From the NCBI GenBank assembly GCA_027452205.1, contig DAIDGV010000015.1:11111-75110 (forward strand): a DNA stretch of 64,000 nucleotides. Direction: 5' to 3'. Below the pieces are notes generated by a model. It searched no databases and was not told where the DNA came from. It worked only from the letters and a program-made list of their open reading frames with translations. Positions 42,492 through 53,812 of the stretch are shown here, one piece after another. A program made the translations under genes and the position numbers. Positions within the stretch are counted from its first letter, which is position 1; every line of letters starts with the position of its first letter. This DNA is from a candidate division FCPU426 bacterium (GTDB taxonomy: Bacteria > Oederibacteriota > Muellerivitia > Muellerivitales > Muellerivitaceae).

Positions 42492-42497
42492 TATAAT
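42492..42497 (+). promoter_or_regulatory. candidate -10 hexamer (TATAAT) upstream of the PBP1A gene
   Basis: A perfect TATAAT lies 27 nt upstream of the ATG at 42525, with only a weak -35 (TGGTCA) at 16-bp spacing. Confidence 0.2.
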
Positions 42498-42524
42498 GAA
42501 CCCCTCCAAAAGCCTTTTCATTCC

Positions 42525-44768
42525 ATGGTCCGAGGAACTCTTTTGCCTATCGAAAAACCCGCCAAGTCCGTTGGGAATACGCTGAAAAATCTTTTCTTCA
42601 TCGCCTTCGCCCTGCTGGGTGTGGTGGGCGGTGTGCTCTATGCCCAATTACAAGAACTGCCCGACATCGCCAACTTGAACGACTTCAAGACCTCGGAAGC
42701 CACCCATATTTACGATATCAATGGCAATCTCATCAGCCAGCTCTGGCTGGAACAACGAACCATCGTCAACCTGGACCAGATCCCTCAAACCCTTCAGAAC
42801 GCCGTCATCGCCACCGAAGACGAGCGCTTTTACGAGCACTGGGGTATCGACCTGGTCGGTGTGGCCCGGGCCTTTATGGTCAATTTGACCTCCGGCGGCC
42901 TTCGCGAAGGTGCCAGCACCATCACCCAACAATTGGCCCGGACCCTCTTCCTGACCCAAGAAAAGACCCTCAGCCGTAAAATTCGCGAGGCCCTTCTTTC
43001 GGTCCAGATCGAAAAGAACTATTCGAAAAAACAGATACTCGAGATGTACCTGAATGACATTTATTACGGCGAGGGCGCCTATGGCGTTGAATCCGCTTCC
43101 CGAACTTATTTCGGCAAACATCTCGCCGACCTGACCCTGCCCGAATGCGCCATGCTGGCGGGCCTGCCCAAATCCCCCAATCATTTCGACCCCTATAAGT
43201 TCCCGCTTGAGGCCCTCAAGCGTCGCAACCTGGTCTTGGACCGAATGGTGGCTACCAACTTCATTAGCCAGCAAGAAGCCACCGATGCCAAGAACACCCC
43301 CATCGAGCTTAAGAAGATCGAGGTGCAGAACGCTCCTTATTTTGTGGAATATGTCCGCCAGCAACTGGAGGCCCGTTACGGATCCAACGCCGTTTATAAG
43401 GGCGGCCTGTCGGTTTACACCACCTTGGATATGAAGCTTCAGGAAGCCGCCCAAAGGGCACTGGCCCACGGGTTGGAGAATGCCGAGATCACCGCTCGCA
43501 AGAACCGCCTGACCAACATTCCCGTGGATCAGCCGATCCAAGGCGCCCTCTTGGCCATGGACCCGCACACCGGGGCAATCCGCGCCATGATCGGCGGGGT
43601 CGATTATCATAAGAGCGTGTTTAACCGGGCCATCCAGGCCCGCCGCCAACCCGGCTCGGCTTTCAAACCCATCATCTACACCGCCGCCATCGAGAACGGC
43701 TACACCATGGCGGATGTTTTCTTGGACGCCCCCATCGTTTATCCCGATCCGGTCACCGGAAAGCCCTGGAGACCTTTGAACTTTTCTGACAAGTTCCGCG
43801 GCCCGACCACCCTTCATACCGCTTTGATGTATTCCATTAACGTGGTCACCATCAAGCTTTTGGACAAATTGGGCATCCAGCCCGTCGTCAGCGTGGCCCG
43901 CCGTTTGGGTATCACTACCCCTATCAAACCCAATCTTTCCTTGGGTTTAGGCACTTCCGAAGTTTCCTTGGTGGAAATGGTGCAAGCCTTCTCGGTTTTC
44001 CCCAACCAGGGCGTGCGGGTCGAACCTTTCGCCATCCTCACCGTCAAGGATTCGAGCGGTCATGTATTGGAAAACAATACACCGGTCGGCGAAAGCGTTC
44101 TGGATCCTATGGTGGCCTACATCATGGTCCACACCATGAAAGACGTCATCGATAACGGTACCGGCCGCATCATCCGCCGTTTAGGGTTCGAATATCCCGC
44201 CGCGGGCAAGACAGGCACGACCAACGACAACGTGGACGCCTGGTTCATCGGTTACACGCCGGACCTGACCTGTGGGGTTTGGGTGGGTTATGACGAACGT
44301 CAAAGTTTGGGAAGGAAACAGACGGGCGGTGAGACCGCCGCTCCGATCTGGGCGGAGTTCATGAAAGCCGCCACCGCCGGCCAGCCCATCAAGGATTTCG
44401 AGCCTCCCAAGGGCGCCGATAGCGAATTGGTGACCAAGAAGATCTGTTTGACCAGCGGTCTTTTGGCTGGACCCGACTGCCCGGGTGTGCGGGATGAAAT
44501 ATTCAGGAAAGAAACCGCCCCGACCAAGTATTGCAATATTCATGTGGCTGGAAGCGGGGTCTTGACCACCGGGGATAGCACCAATGGTTCTTCCAACTCT
44601 CCTTCGGCCAGCGGCGACATTTTAGAGATGGGTTCCCAGCCCGTGGTGAAAGCGGAAGCGACTGTTCCTGCGACCGCCAGCGTGACTGAAGCGGTGGAAA
44701 CCCCCACCCCTGTGGTAGGCACTAAAAAAGCTAGCGGCGAACAAGCCTATCCGGACGAAGGTTTCTAA
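42525..44768 (+). CDS. mrcA: penicillin-binding protein 1A (bifunctional transglycosylase/transpeptidase)
   Basis: GT51 motifs ([21 protein letters not shown]), the transpeptidase SAFKP and KTGTT motifs, and an N-terminal TM. Confidence 0.9.
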   Translation: MVRGTLLPIEKPAKSVGNTLKNLFFIAFALLGVVGGVLYAQLQELPDIANLNDFKTSEATHIYDINGNLISQLWLEQRTIVNLDQIPQTLQNAVIATEDERFYEHWGIDLVGVARAFMVNLTSGGLREGASTITQQLARTLFLTQEKTLSRKIREALLSVQIEKNYSKKQILEMYLNDIYYGEGAYGVESASRTYFGKHLADLTLPECAMLAGLPKSPNHFDPYKFPLEALKRRNLVLDRMVATNFISQQEATDAKNTPIELKKIEVQNAPYFVEYVRQQLEARYGSNAVYKGGLSVYTTLDMKLQEAAQRALAHGLENAEITARKNRLTNIPVDQPIQGALLAMDPHTGAIRAMIGGVDYHKSVFNRAIQARRQPGSAFKPIIYTAAIENGYTMADVFLDAPIVYPDPVTGKPWRPLNFSDKFRGPTTLHTALMYSINVVTIKLLDKLGIQPVVSVARRLGITTPIKPNLSLGLGTSEVSLVEMVQAFSVFPNQGVRVEPFAILTVKDSSGHVLENNTPVGESVLDPMVAYIMVHTMKDVIDNGTGRIIRRLGFEYPAAGKTGTTNDNVDAWFIGYTPDLTCGVWVGYDERQSLGRKQTGGETAAPIWAEFMKAATAGQPIKDFEPPKGADSELVTKKICLTSGLLAGPDCPGVRDEIFRKETAPTKYCNIHVAGSGVLTTGDSTNGSSNSPSASGDILEMGSQPVVKAEATVPATASVTEAVETPTPVVGTKKASGEQAYPDEGF

Positions 44769-44789
44769 TAATTTTAGGTTCAAGACCGC

Positions 44790-45383
44790 TTAAGCGGTCT
44801 CGATGATCGGATAATCTCGGCGGATCTCATCTTCCGGCAGCGCGTTGTAATGCCACCACTCATGGGGCAACTGTAGGAATCCCCCGCCCGTCATCGCCTT
44901 TCTTAAGACCATCCGATTCTCCATTTGTTTGGCGGACAATTTTCCTTCTTGGATAAATCGCTCCTCGAACCGGGGTTCGGATATATCCCTGAAGTCATCG
45001 AAGCCCGCGCCCATATCGACCGTTTTTCCGTTCCCATCCAGCAAACCCAGGTCCAAGGCCATCCCAAAATTGTGCGGCGATCCCTTTTCCGGGTTCGCGA
45101 TATAGTTCTGGTCGTTGGTACCTTTCACCTTGGCCCACATCTTCCATTGGACCGACCGGGGACGCAGGGCGTCGTAAATGATGAAAGACCAATCCGGCCT
45201 TTGGTGTCGAAGGAATTCGATCGCGAGGGAGTATTTGATCGCGGCATCTTTATGCAAATAAGCCTGGGTGAAGGAACCATAAAGGTTCTCTTTCATGAAA
45301 TTGTCGGTAGAGGCGTATTTCAGATCGATAACAGTGGCTGGAAAGGCTGCCAGACCGACATAGAGCGGATTGGTTTCCAGCAA
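44790..45383 (-). CDS. M15-family D-Ala-D-Ala dipeptidase (VanX/DdpX-like)
   Basis: YASTDNFMKENLYG, SPHNFGMALD (SxHxxGxAxD zinc motif) and EWWHY. Confidence 0.7.
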   Translation of the reverse strand: MLETNPLYVGLAAFPATVIDLKYASTDNFMKENLYGSFTQAYLHKDAAIKYSLAIEFLRHQRPDWSFIIYDALRPRSVQWKMWAKVKGTNDQNYIANPEKGSPHNFGMALDLGLLDGNGKTVDMGAGFDDFRDISEPRFEERFIQEGKLSAKQMENRMVLRKAMTGGGFLQLPHEWWHYNALPEDEIRRDYPIIETA

Positions 45384-45406
45384 GGGGGCCTCAGACGAAG
45401 AAAGAC

Positions 45407-47485
45407 TTACTTTTTAGGAGCGGCAAAATCCAGGCCCGAATCCATTGGGGGCGCCTGCATCCCATCCACGTCCAGGTCCTGTTTCGGGGCCGGGGCTGAG
45501 GTTTGGGATTGAAGCGGAGCGGGTGCTGCGTTGTTGACCGGTACCATCGGGGCTTGAATATTGGAATTAGCAGAGTTATCGCCAAAATCAGGCGGCGGAG
45601 GGACTGCACCTGTTAAAGAAGCGCCGGGCGCGGCGGGAGCCGCCAGGGGCGCAGAAGCGCCAGTTGGAGCGGAAACAGTCGCGACCAAAGCCGGGGCGGA
45701 AGAAGCCGAACTGGCTGCGGGTGCCGCTGAACCGACCGCCGGAGCGCTTATTCCACCCATTGGAGCGGAGGTCATCGGAGGAGGAGGCGGAACGACCGCT
45801 GAGCCGCTGTTGGATGGCAGTGGGGTCATGGTTGGAACAACTACTGTGGGTGTATCGGTATAAGTATTGGTGTAGACCGTCGTAAAGGTATAGGTCGGGG
45901 TCATGGTAAAAGTGGCCGTGATCGCCGGGGTATCGGTCGAGGTATTGACCGGGGTATCCGTAAAAGTCGCAGCGACCGACGAAGTATTCGAGCTGACCGT
46001 CGGAACGGCTGTGGCGACCATGGCTTGGATATTCGCATTGGGCGAACCAGCCGAGGTCAGGTCCGGTGGCATGGGAGGAGCGGGTACCGCTTCTGAAGGA
46101 GCGCTCGGCGTGGTTGCGGTCGAGGCTGCTTGAGCGGTCGCCACGATCGAGGCCAGGTCGTCCGAGGTCATGCCGTTCCCGCCCAAAGCGAAGGTCGCAG
46201 TGGCGGTAGGGACGGTCGCGCCTTGAGAGGTCGGGATCGAGACTGGCGCGTTCGGGGTTTCGGCGGGCGTCACATTGGCGGCCATTTGACCTAAAGCCGG
46301 AGGCTCGGGAGCAGAAGGAGACAGCATCGGGGGCGCGGGAATACCGGAAGTGACCGGTTCTGGTGCGGCGGGAGCAGCGGATACCGCCGGGGCAGCAGCC
46401 GGAGCAACGGGAGCGGCCTGGGCGGCAGCAGCAGGGGCAGCCGAGACCGAAGCGGTCATCGCTGGAGGGGCGGCAAGTTCACTCGACATGGCCAAGGTCG
46501 GTGTCGGCATCGGCGGGACCGGCGTATTCGTCGGAGCCGGCATGGTCGGTGTCATCGTTGGAGGCGGGGTCATGGTCTTCATTTTGGCTTCCATGGCCAG
46601 CACATCTGACTCGCTTTGCTTTTGACGATAAGCCTTCAAAGCGGCCTTGGCCGCGGCATCCGCTCGGCGATCCTCGGCTTCCGCTTGATCGGACATGGAT
46701 TTGGTAATGACCGGTAGTTCACTGCGCAAATAGGACCGGAGGATATCTTTTAAGTCCTTCATCGGGCTGATAGAAACAGTACCCCTGATCTTGTTCTTGA
46801 CGCTTGTCGGGCTCATGGTGCCCCAATAGTTGCCGCCCAACTTGGCTTTGGTGGCGTTGTTCACCACTTCCGAATCGTTATCGTGAATGCTGTTATTCAG
46901 GAAGACCAACTTGGCAAAATCCTTCAAATAAAGACCGTAAGTATTCTGGACCAGAGTATTGAACTGGATGTCGGCTTCCACCGGACCATCCAACACGACG
47001 CCCGTCGCGTTGCCATAGAATTTGTTGTTCTTGAGATGGGCCACCGTCGTGCCCTTGAGATAAAGACCCGAGCCCTTGGTCACTTCGGAAGCGTCCATAC
47101 GGATGGTCGCGTCCTGGACCAGGAAGACCCCGTCCGTCACTTTGATGTTGGTCAAGAAAGCCTCGCCGCCATCGATAAAGAGGGCGCTTTGAAGACCGCC
47201 ATCGGTCATGTTGAAGACCGCCGGAGCCGCCGCCGAAGCTGCCACTTTCAAGTCGCCTCCTATTTCCAGGGTGGCAGGACCTTGAAAAACCACTTGGACG
47301 CCCGGGCCGATCTTGAGGGTCACACCGGGAGGCACGAGAACACGGCTTTGGATGATATAAGGGCTACCGCTTTGGTCCCATTGTGTATCGGTGCTCAAGG
47401 TGGCCCCCACATTGGTGGAAGCGCTCAGTTGGGAGGAAGCCCCTAACAGGATAAGTAAGGCAAAGATGGAAGAAATGCGCTTCAT
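45407..47485 (-). CDS. secreted right-handed parallel beta-helix protein with ~400-aa Ala/Pro/Thr/Ser-rich low-complexity C-terminal region
   Basis: Signal peptide. Beta-helix-type repeats (NTYGLYLKDFAKLVFLNNSIHDND). The C-terminal half is extremely low complexity (PAPT..., AAPAAAAQAAP...). Confidence 0.55.
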   Translation of the reverse strand: MKRISSIFALLILLGASSQLSASTNVGATLSTDTQWDQSGSPYIIQSRVLVPPGVTLKIGPGVQVVFQGPATLEIGGDLKVAASAAAPAVFNMTDGGLQSALFIDGGEAFLTNIKVTDGVFLVQDATIRMDASEVTKGSGLYLKGTTVAHLKNNKFYGNATGVVLDGPVEADIQFNTLVQNTYGLYLKDFAKLVFLNNSIHDNDSEVVNNATKAKLGGNYWGTMSPTSVKNKIRGTVSISPMKDLKDILRSYLRSELPVITKSMSDQAEAEDRRADAAAKAALKAYRQKQSESDVLAMEAKMKTMTPPPTMTPTMPAPTNTPVPPMPTPTLAMSSELAAPPAMTASVSAAPAAAAQAAPVAPAAAPAVSAAPAAPEPVTSGIPAPPMLSPSAPEPPALGQMAANVTPAETPNAPVSIPTSQGATVPTATATFALGGNGMTSDDLASIVATAQAASTATTPSAPSEAVPAPPMPPDLTSAGSPNANIQAMVATAVPTVSSNTSSVAATFTDTPVNTSTDTPAITATFTMTPTYTFTTVYTNTYTDTPTVVVPTMTPLPSNSGSAVVPPPPPMTSAPMGGISAPAVGSAAPAASSASSAPALVATVSAPTGASAPLAAPAAPGASLTGAVPPPPDFGDNSANSNIQAPMVPVNNAAPAPLQSQTSAPAPKQDLDVDGMQAPPMDSGLDFAAPKK

Positions 47486-47659
47486 AAAAGGGTAGCGGCC
47501 TCGAATAGAGTTTTAGATCAACGAAGCTGAACGACCAGTCTTACAAGCACGGCTTTTGGCCGAAAAAGTTCGGTTACTATAACACAAAACGTTATCACTC
47601 AAACCATAAAGCGGCTTCTGACGGGGCTCAAAAACCCATGTTTGCCAAGGTCCTTCCGG

Positions 47660-47695
47660 GCAAAAAAGAAGGGGACGGCCCGAAAGCCGTCCCCT
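47660..47695 (-). terminator. rho-independent terminator after ppdK
   Basis: GGGGACGGC-ccgaaa-GCCGTCCCC, a 9-bp stem. On the minus strand it is followed by TTCTTTTTTG. Confidence 0.6.
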
Positions 47696-47714
47696 AGGAA
47701 AACCTATAAAGGCC

Positions 47715-50489
47715 TTATTTAGATGAGTATTCTTTACCCTTGCCCGAATGCTTTAAAGCGGCTTGAGCGGCGGCCAAACGGGCGATAGGCACCCGGTAAG
47801 GCGAGCAAGAGACATAGTTGAGACCCACGATATGACAGAATTCCACCGAATTCGGGTCCCCGCCATGCTCACCGCAGATACCCACCTTGAGCTTGGGCTT
47901 CACCGAGCGGCCCTTTTCCACGCCCATACGGACCAATTGGCCGACGCCATTGCGGTCCAGGACCTGGAAAGGATCCTTCTCGTAGATACCGTTGTCTTGG
48001 TAGTGGCGGATGATCTTCGCGGTATCGTCGCGGGAGAATCCGAAAGTGGTCTGGGTCAGGTCATTGGTCCCAAAGCTGAAGAAGTCGGCTTCGGCGCCGA
48101 TCTTATCCGCCGTGACCGCCGCGCGGGGCAGCTCGATCATGGTCCCAATGGTGTATTCCAGTTTCACACCGTACTTCTTGATGGTCTCTTCGGCGGTCTT
48201 GATGACCACCGCTTTTTGGTTCTTCAATTCCGTCACGTCCCCGACCAGGGGGATCATGATCTCGGGGACGATCTTCTTCCCCTTCTTGACCAATTCGCAG
48301 GCGGCGCTAATGACGGCCTCGGTCTGCATCTCGGTGATCTCCGGATAGGTGATCCCTAAGCGGCAACCGCGGTGACCCAGCATCGGGTTGAACTCATGCA
48401 GTTCTTCCACGCGGTGTAAAAGCTTCTTGGCTTTTTGCAGATCGGTGCCCTCTTCCTTCACCAAAAGAAGGGCTTTTTTAATGACTTCGTTCGAGGTGGT
48501 CGTCTTGCCGGCGGCTTCCATGCGGGCCACTTCCACCATCAGCTCTTCCCGCTTCGGAAGGAATTCATGCAAGGGCGGGTCCAAGAAACGCACCGTGACC
48601 GGGAACCCGGCCATGGCTTCAAAGAGACCCATAAAGTCGGCCTTTTGCATCGGCAACAAGGCTTTCAAGGCTTCCCGGCGGGAAGCCTCGTCGGTGGCCA
48701 AGATCATCGCCTGCATGTGGGGTAAACGGTCTTCATCGAAGAACATGTGCTCGGTCCGGCAAAGGCCGATACCTTCCGCGCCGAAAGCGCGGGCCACTTT
48801 AGCGTCGCGTGGAATGTCAGCGTTCGCACGCACCTTCAGGGTGCGGGCGGCATCCGCCCAGCCCATGAGGGTGGCGAAATCGCCGGAAAGCTCCGCGTCC
48901 ATGGTAGGCACTTTGCCGTGAATGACCTCACCGGTCGAGCCGTTCAAGGAGATCCAGTCCCCTTCTTTAATGACCACGCTGCCGACGGAGAACTTTTTAC
49001 CGTGCTCGTCGACCTTGATGGATTCACAACCCGCCACACAGGTCTTGCCCATGCCGCGGGCCACGACAGCCGCGTGGCTGGTCATCCCGCCGCGGGCGGT
49101 CAAGATACCTTCCGAGGCGTCCATGCCATGGATATCGTCCGGAGAGGTCTCCAAACGCACCAGGATGGTCTTCTTGCCTTCGCTGCGCCAATCCACGGCA
49201 TCCTCAGCGGTGAACACCGCTTGGCCCGAAGCTGCGCCCGGGGAGGCCGGCAAACCCTTGGTAATGACGTCTTTCTTGGCCTTCGGATCGAAGACCGGGT
49301 GGAGCAATTGATCCAATTGGATGGGATCAATGCGGGAAATGGCTTCTTCCTTGGTGATGAGCTTCTCGGCCACCATGTCGACTGCAATCTTCACCGCCGC
49401 GGCGGCCGTACGCTTGCCCGCGCGGGTCTGGAGCATGAACAACTTGCCCTTTTCGATGGTGAATTCGAAGTCTTGGATATCGCGATAGTGCTTCTCCAGT
49501 TTCTTGGTGGTGTCATAGAGCTGCTTGAACACCTTGGGCATGTCCTTTTCCAAGTGCAGGATCGGTTGGGGGGTACGGATACCCGCCACCACATCCTCCC
49601 CTTGGGCATTGAGCAGATATTCCCCGTAGAACTTCTTTTCGCCGGTAGCCGGGTTGCGGGTAAATCCCACGCCCGTTCCGGAGTCGTCGCCCATGTTACC
49701 GAACACCATGGATTGGACGTTCACGGCGGTACCGATATCGTGAGGGATGTCGTTCTGCTTACGGTAGAAGTTCGCGCGGTCGTTCATCCAAGAACGGAAC
49801 ACCGCGTCACGCGAACCGCGTAACTGGGCCAGAACGTCTTGCGGGAATTCTTTACCGGTCTTTTCCTTGATGAGTTTCTTGAATTTCTCGACCAGATCCT
49901 TCAGGTCCGTGGCGGACAATTCGGTGTCCAGCTTCACGCCCAGGTCTTCCTTCATTTTGTCGAGAACACGTTCGAACACTTCTTTACCCATTTCCATCAC
50001 CACGTTGCCGTACATCTGGACGAAACGGCGGTAGCTGTCATAGGCGAAACGTTCGTTATTGGTCGAGGCGATGAGACCTTTCACCGTGGTGTCGTTCAGA
50101 CCCAGGTTGAGGATGGTGTCCATCATGCCCGGCATGGAGAACTTGGCTCCCGAGCGGACCGAGACCAGGAGGGGGTTATTGCGGTCGCCGAACTTCTTGC
50201 CCAGGGCCTTTTCCAGCTTGGCCAAATGCTGTTGCATTTCCTTGTCGATGGACTCGGGGGTCTTCTTGCCGTGTTCGTAATAAAGACGGCAGACCTCGGT
50301 AACGATGGTGAACCCCGGAGGGACCGGCACGCCCGAATTGGTCATTTCGGCCAATCCCGCGCCCTTCCCACCCAGGACATCCTTCATGGTCCCGTGGCCT
50401 TCGGCTTTACCGTTGCCGAAGAAGTAAACGAACTTCTTGGTAGCGGTTTTCTTGGACGGCTTGGAAGACTTCTTCGCGGCTTTCGGCAT
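47715..50489 (-). CDS. ppdK: pyruvate, phosphate dikinase
   Basis: 924 aa, with the phosphohistidine region GGMTSHAAVVARG and the PEP-utilising C-terminal domain. The SD GAGGAGGA lies upstream. Confidence 0.9.
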   Translation of the reverse strand: MPKAAKKSSKPSKKTATKKFVYFFGNGKAEGHGTMKDVLGGKGAGLAEMTNSGVPVPPGFTIVTEVCRLYYEHGKKTPESIDKEMQQHLAKLEKALGKKFGDRNNPLLVSVRSGAKFSMPGMMDTILNLGLNDTTVKGLIASTNNERFAYDSYRRFVQMYGNVVMEMGKEVFERVLDKMKEDLGVKLDTELSATDLKDLVEKFKKLIKEKTGKEFPQDVLAQLRGSRDAVFRSWMNDRANFYRKQNDIPHDIGTAVNVQSMVFGNMGDDSGTGVGFTRNPATGEKKFYGEYLLNAQGEDVVAGIRTPQPILHLEKDMPKVFKQLYDTTKKLEKHYRDIQDFEFTIEKGKLFMLQTRAGKRTAAAAVKIAVDMVAEKLITKEEAISRIDPIQLDQLLHPVFDPKAKKDVITKGLPASPGAASGQAVFTAEDAVDWRSEGKKTILVRLETSPDDIHGMDASEGILTARGGMTSHAAVVARGMGKTCVAGCESIKVDEHGKKFSVGSVVIKEGDWISLNGSTGEVIHGKVPTMDAELSGDFATLMGWADAARTLKVRANADIPRDAKVARAFGAEGIGLCRTEHMFFDEDRLPHMQAMILATDEASRREALKALLPMQKADFMGLFEAMAGFPVTVRFLDPPLHEFLPKREELMVEVARMEAAGKTTTSNEVIKKALLLVKEEGTDLQKAKKLLHRVEELHEFNPMLGHRGCRLGITYPEITEMQTEAVISAACELVKKGKKIVPEIMIPLVGDVTELKNQKAVVIKTAEETIKKYGVKLEYTIGTMIELPRAAVTADKIGAEADFFSFGTNDLTQTTFGFSRDDTAKIIRHYQDNGIYEKDPFQVLDRNGVGQLVRMGVEKGRSVKPKLKVGICGEHGGDPNSVEFCHIVGLNYVSCSPYRVPIARLAAAQAALKHSGKGKEYSSK

Positions 50490-50649
50490 GGTGCATCCTC
50501 CTCGAGATTAAAAACATGAATGTCGAACGGAACGATGAGACTGGCTAGAAAAGGCCGTCATTGTAGCAAACCCCGTTTTGAATTCAACGGAAGCCGTCAG
50601 TCTGGACCGTTAAAAAATAAAGGCTTTTGGGGTCTTTTGAACGAAGAAG

Positions 50650-52770
50650 TTAGGCGGAAGGAGCGGATTCGGAGGTATAGACCAGCTTGCGGAAGTCCCC
50701 CGAGAGCAGGAACAGGTCACCCGCCTGGCGTAGCATGGCCAGCCGGTTATTGCGGATCTTGGCGTTCTTGTCCATCACCATGACCTTTTCGAAGAAGGCG
50801 TGGATGGGAGCCACCATCGTTTCTAAATGGCCCACCACATCCTCGTAATAATCGGCGCTCGACCGGTCCTCATCGGCGATATAACCCTTGGCGGTCTGGA
50901 TGGCTTCGTAAAGGTCTTTCTCTTCCTGTAGCTTCAAGAGAGGTTTGGCGACCCGGTCCGAGATCTTTTTGTCCGGAAGGATACGGAGCACCCGTCCCGC
51001 CGCCGTGACCAATTTTTGAAAATCTTGGTCATTCTTGTTCTTTTGAAGGGTCTCGGCCTTGGTCACCATATCGATCAACGAGGGCGCTTCGGTGGCGACC
51101 GCGGCATTGATCACATCGTAAGAAAGCCCCCGGGCTTCGAGCACCGTTTGAAGACGGCCCTTCAGGAACTCGGCGATCTCTTTGGTCTCAGCGGGTTTGG
51201 ACTTGCCCACATAGACCTTTTGGACCGTCAGGACCAACTCTTCTAAAGAGATGCTATAGCGGTTTTCCAGGATCATCTGCAGTACGCCCAAAGCTTGGCG
51301 ACGCAAAGCGAAAGGATCTTGGGAACCAGTGGGAATGATACGGGCCTTGAAACAACCAACGATGGTGTCCATTTTGTCCGCCAAACTAAGCAAGGAGGAT
51401 TCCTTCGTCGGCGGCAGTTGATCCCCGGAGAAGCGGGGGTAATAGTGATATTGAATGGCCGCGCCGGTTTCCACTTCGCCCTGCCGGGCCACATAAATAC
51501 CGCCCATCACGCCTTGCAGGCTGTTGAATTCTTTTTCGCGGATGATATTGGTGACCAGGTCCGCTTTGCAAAGCAGGGCCGCGCTTTGGGCCGTTTTAAT
51601 GGCATCCTTCGGGACTTCGAAAACCTCGCCGATCTTACCCACCAACTTGGACAAACGATGGGACTTGTCCAACATGCTGCCCATACCCTCCAGCCAAGTA
51701 AGACCCGAAAGCTTTTGCGCCCATTCTTCCATGGGCACTTTAAGGTCCTCTTGCACGAAGAATTTGGCGTCTTCCAACCGGGCTTTCAGGACCGCTTCAT
51801 TGGAACGGATGACCACTTGTTTGTCTTTGGGTGTGCCATTGATGACCCCAATGAAGTAAGGCAAAAGCTTGCCTTCCCCGTCCCGAACGGCGAAATATTT
51901 TTGGTGTTCTCGCATGGCGGTCACAATGACCTGGTCTGGCAATTCAAGATATTTAGGATCGAAAGAACCCATAATGACATCGGGCGATTCGATAAGATTG
52001 TTCACGTCGTCCAAAAGGTCGGGGTCGGCAGGGACCACCGCGCCCTTTTCGGCGGCGGCTTGCTGTACTTTGTTCCAGATAATGGCTTTTCGTTCCGCCG
52101 GATCGGCAATGACCCCGTTCTCACGCAGGACATCCAGATAATCCCCGGCTTCCATCACATCCAAAGCGCCCTTTTTGAGGGCCCTCAAACCACGGGTTTC
52201 CCGGTTGCTGTAAATACCGGCGATCTCGAAAGGAATGACCGTACGGGAGAAAACGCCACAAACCCAACGAATGGGCCGGGCGAAAAGAAAGTCGCCATTC
52301 CCCCAGCGCTGCACCTTGGGGAACCGGAGCTTCTTGATGACCTCGGGGAATATCTCGCCCATGATCTCGCTGGTCAGACGGCCGCCACCCTTCTTAATAA
52401 CAACGACCACTTCCCCTTTGGGGGTCATCTTGCGCTTCAAGGCGGCCGCTGAAACACCCTGGGCCTTGGCAAAACCCTCGCCCGCGCGGGTCGGCAAGCC
52501 GTGCTCGTCAAAAGCCACCGACACCAAGGGGCCGGTCACTTCTTTGGCGGAGTCTTCCTGCATTTCGGGTAAACCCTTGAAGAACAGGGTCAAACGACGG
52601 GGCGTGTAATAGGTGTAAAGGTTCTGATACGTGATCTTGTGTTCTTTCAAAGAAGCTTCCGCCGCGGCCACCATTTGGTCGATGGCCGGTCTTATATAAG
52701 AGGATGGCAATTCTTCGCAGCCGATCTCAAGGACAGCGTCTTTAAGGGGGGTCAGGTGTTCGATGGCCAT
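50650..52770 (-). CDS. glyS: glycine--tRNA ligase beta subunit
   Basis: 706 aa, with GlyS family similarity along the whole length. Confidence 0.9.
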   Translation of the reverse strand: MAIEHLTPLKDAVLEIGCEELPSSYIRPAIDQMVAAAEASLKEHKITYQNLYTYYTPRRLTLFFKGLPEMQEDSAKEVTGPLVSVAFDEHGLPTRAGEGFAKAQGVSAAALKRKMTPKGEVVVVIKKGGGRLTSEIMGEIFPEVIKKLRFPKVQRWGNGDFLFARPIRWVCGVFSRTVIPFEIAGIYSNRETRGLRALKKGALDVMEAGDYLDVLRENGVIADPAERKAIIWNKVQQAAAEKGAVVPADPDLLDDVNNLIESPDVIMGSFDPKYLELPDQVIVTAMREHQKYFAVRDGEGKLLPYFIGVINGTPKDKQVVIRSNEAVLKARLEDAKFFVQEDLKVPMEEWAQKLSGLTWLEGMGSMLDKSHRLSKLVGKIGEVFEVPKDAIKTAQSAALLCKADLVTNIIREKEFNSLQGVMGGIYVARQGEVETGAAIQYHYYPRFSGDQLPPTKESSLLSLADKMDTIVGCFKARIIPTGSQDPFALRRQALGVLQMILENRYSISLEELVLTVQKVYVGKSKPAETKEIAEFLKGRLQTVLEARGLSYDVINAAVATEAPSLIDMVTKAETLQKNKNDQDFQKLVTAAGRVLRILPDKKISDRVAKPLLKLQEEKDLYEAIQTAKGYIADEDRSSADYYEDVVGHLETMVAPIHAFFEKVMVMDKNAKIRNNRLAMLRQAGDLFLLSGDFRKLVYTSESAPSA

Positions 52771-52771
52771 A

Positions 52772-53653
52772 TCAAACCTTCTTGAGCAGGGGGTAACCCA
52801 GCTCTTCCCGTTGTTTCACATAAGCGGTCGCGACCGCCTTGGCCATGCCCCGGACCCGGGCGATATATTGGGTGCGTTCCGCCACCGAAATGGCCCCCCG
52901 GGCATCGAGCAAGTTAAAGGTGTGCGAGGCTTTCATGACGTAGTCATAAGCGGGGGCCACCAGGCCCAATTCCAATAAACGGCGTTCTTCCGCTTCGTAG
53001 TCCTTAAAGCTGCGTAAAAGCATCTTGGTATTGGCCTGCTCAAAATTGAAGGCCGAGAATTCTTTCTCGCTTTGCAGGAAAATATCCCGGTAAGTGATGT
53101 TCTTGCCGCCATAGTGCAGGTCCCAAACGCTATCGACCCCCTGGATGACGGTGGCGATACGTTCCAATCCGAAGGTGATCTCGCCCGAAACGGGCTTGAG
53201 TTCGAGCCCGCCGGTCACTTGGAAAAAAGTGAACTGGGTGATCTCGATACCGTCCATCCAAACCTGCCATCCCAGACCCGAAGCGCCCAAAGTGGGCGAT
53301 TCCCAATCGTCTTCCACGAAACGGATATCATGCTCGTCCTGGCGGATACCGATCTCTTCCAGGCAACCCAGGTAAAGTTCGATCATGTTCTCGGGGGAGG
53401 GTTTGAGGATGATCTGGTACTGGTAGTAATGCTGCATGCGGTTGGGGTTCTCGCCGTAACGGCCATCTTTGGGTCGGCGACAAGGGTCCACATAGGCGAC
53501 ATGGTAAGGTTCAGGGCCAAGAACGCGGAAGAAAGTAGCCGGATTAAAGGTGCCTGCGCCCTTTTCCAGGTCGTAAGGCTGTTGGATGACACAGCCCTGG
53601 CGGCTCCAATACTGGTTCAGCGTCATGATGAGTTCTTGGAACGACAGCGCCAT
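52772..53653 (-). CDS. glyQ: glycine--tRNA ligase alpha subunit
   Basis: [12 protein letters not shown] and the class II core. It lies immediately upstream of glyS. Confidence 0.9.
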   Translation of the reverse strand: MALSFQELIMTLNQYWSRQGCVIQQPYDLEKGAGTFNPATFFRVLGPEPYHVAYVDPCRRPKDGRYGENPNRMQHYYQYQIILKPSPENMIELYLGCLEEIGIRQDEHDIRFVEDDWESPTLGASGLGWQVWMDGIEITQFTFFQVTGGLELKPVSGEITFGLERIATVIQGVDSVWDLHYGGKNITYRDIFLQSEKEFSAFNFEQANTKMLLRSFKDYEAEERRLLELGLVAPAYDYVMKASHTFNLLDARGAISVAERTQYIARVRGMAKAVATAYVKQREELGYPLLKKV

Positions 53654-53812
53654 AGCGACCTCAAGGTGAAGTTAAAGCCATCCACAAGATTCTTTATGAA
53701 AAATAGGGGATTTAGCCTTAATCCGCAAGCTAAAAACCCTGACCTCGTTTGGACAAAAGAACGAAAACCAATGCTCAAAATGTCCGGAAGGTAAACTTCT
53801 ACCTCCGACCCT

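Noticed and set aside
45561-46707. Plus-strand ORFs rich in Ala/Gly within 45.5-46.7 kb as possible genes
   Set aside because: They mirror the Ala/Pro-rich low-complexity region of the minus-strand beta-helix protein (GC-rich codons read in reverse).
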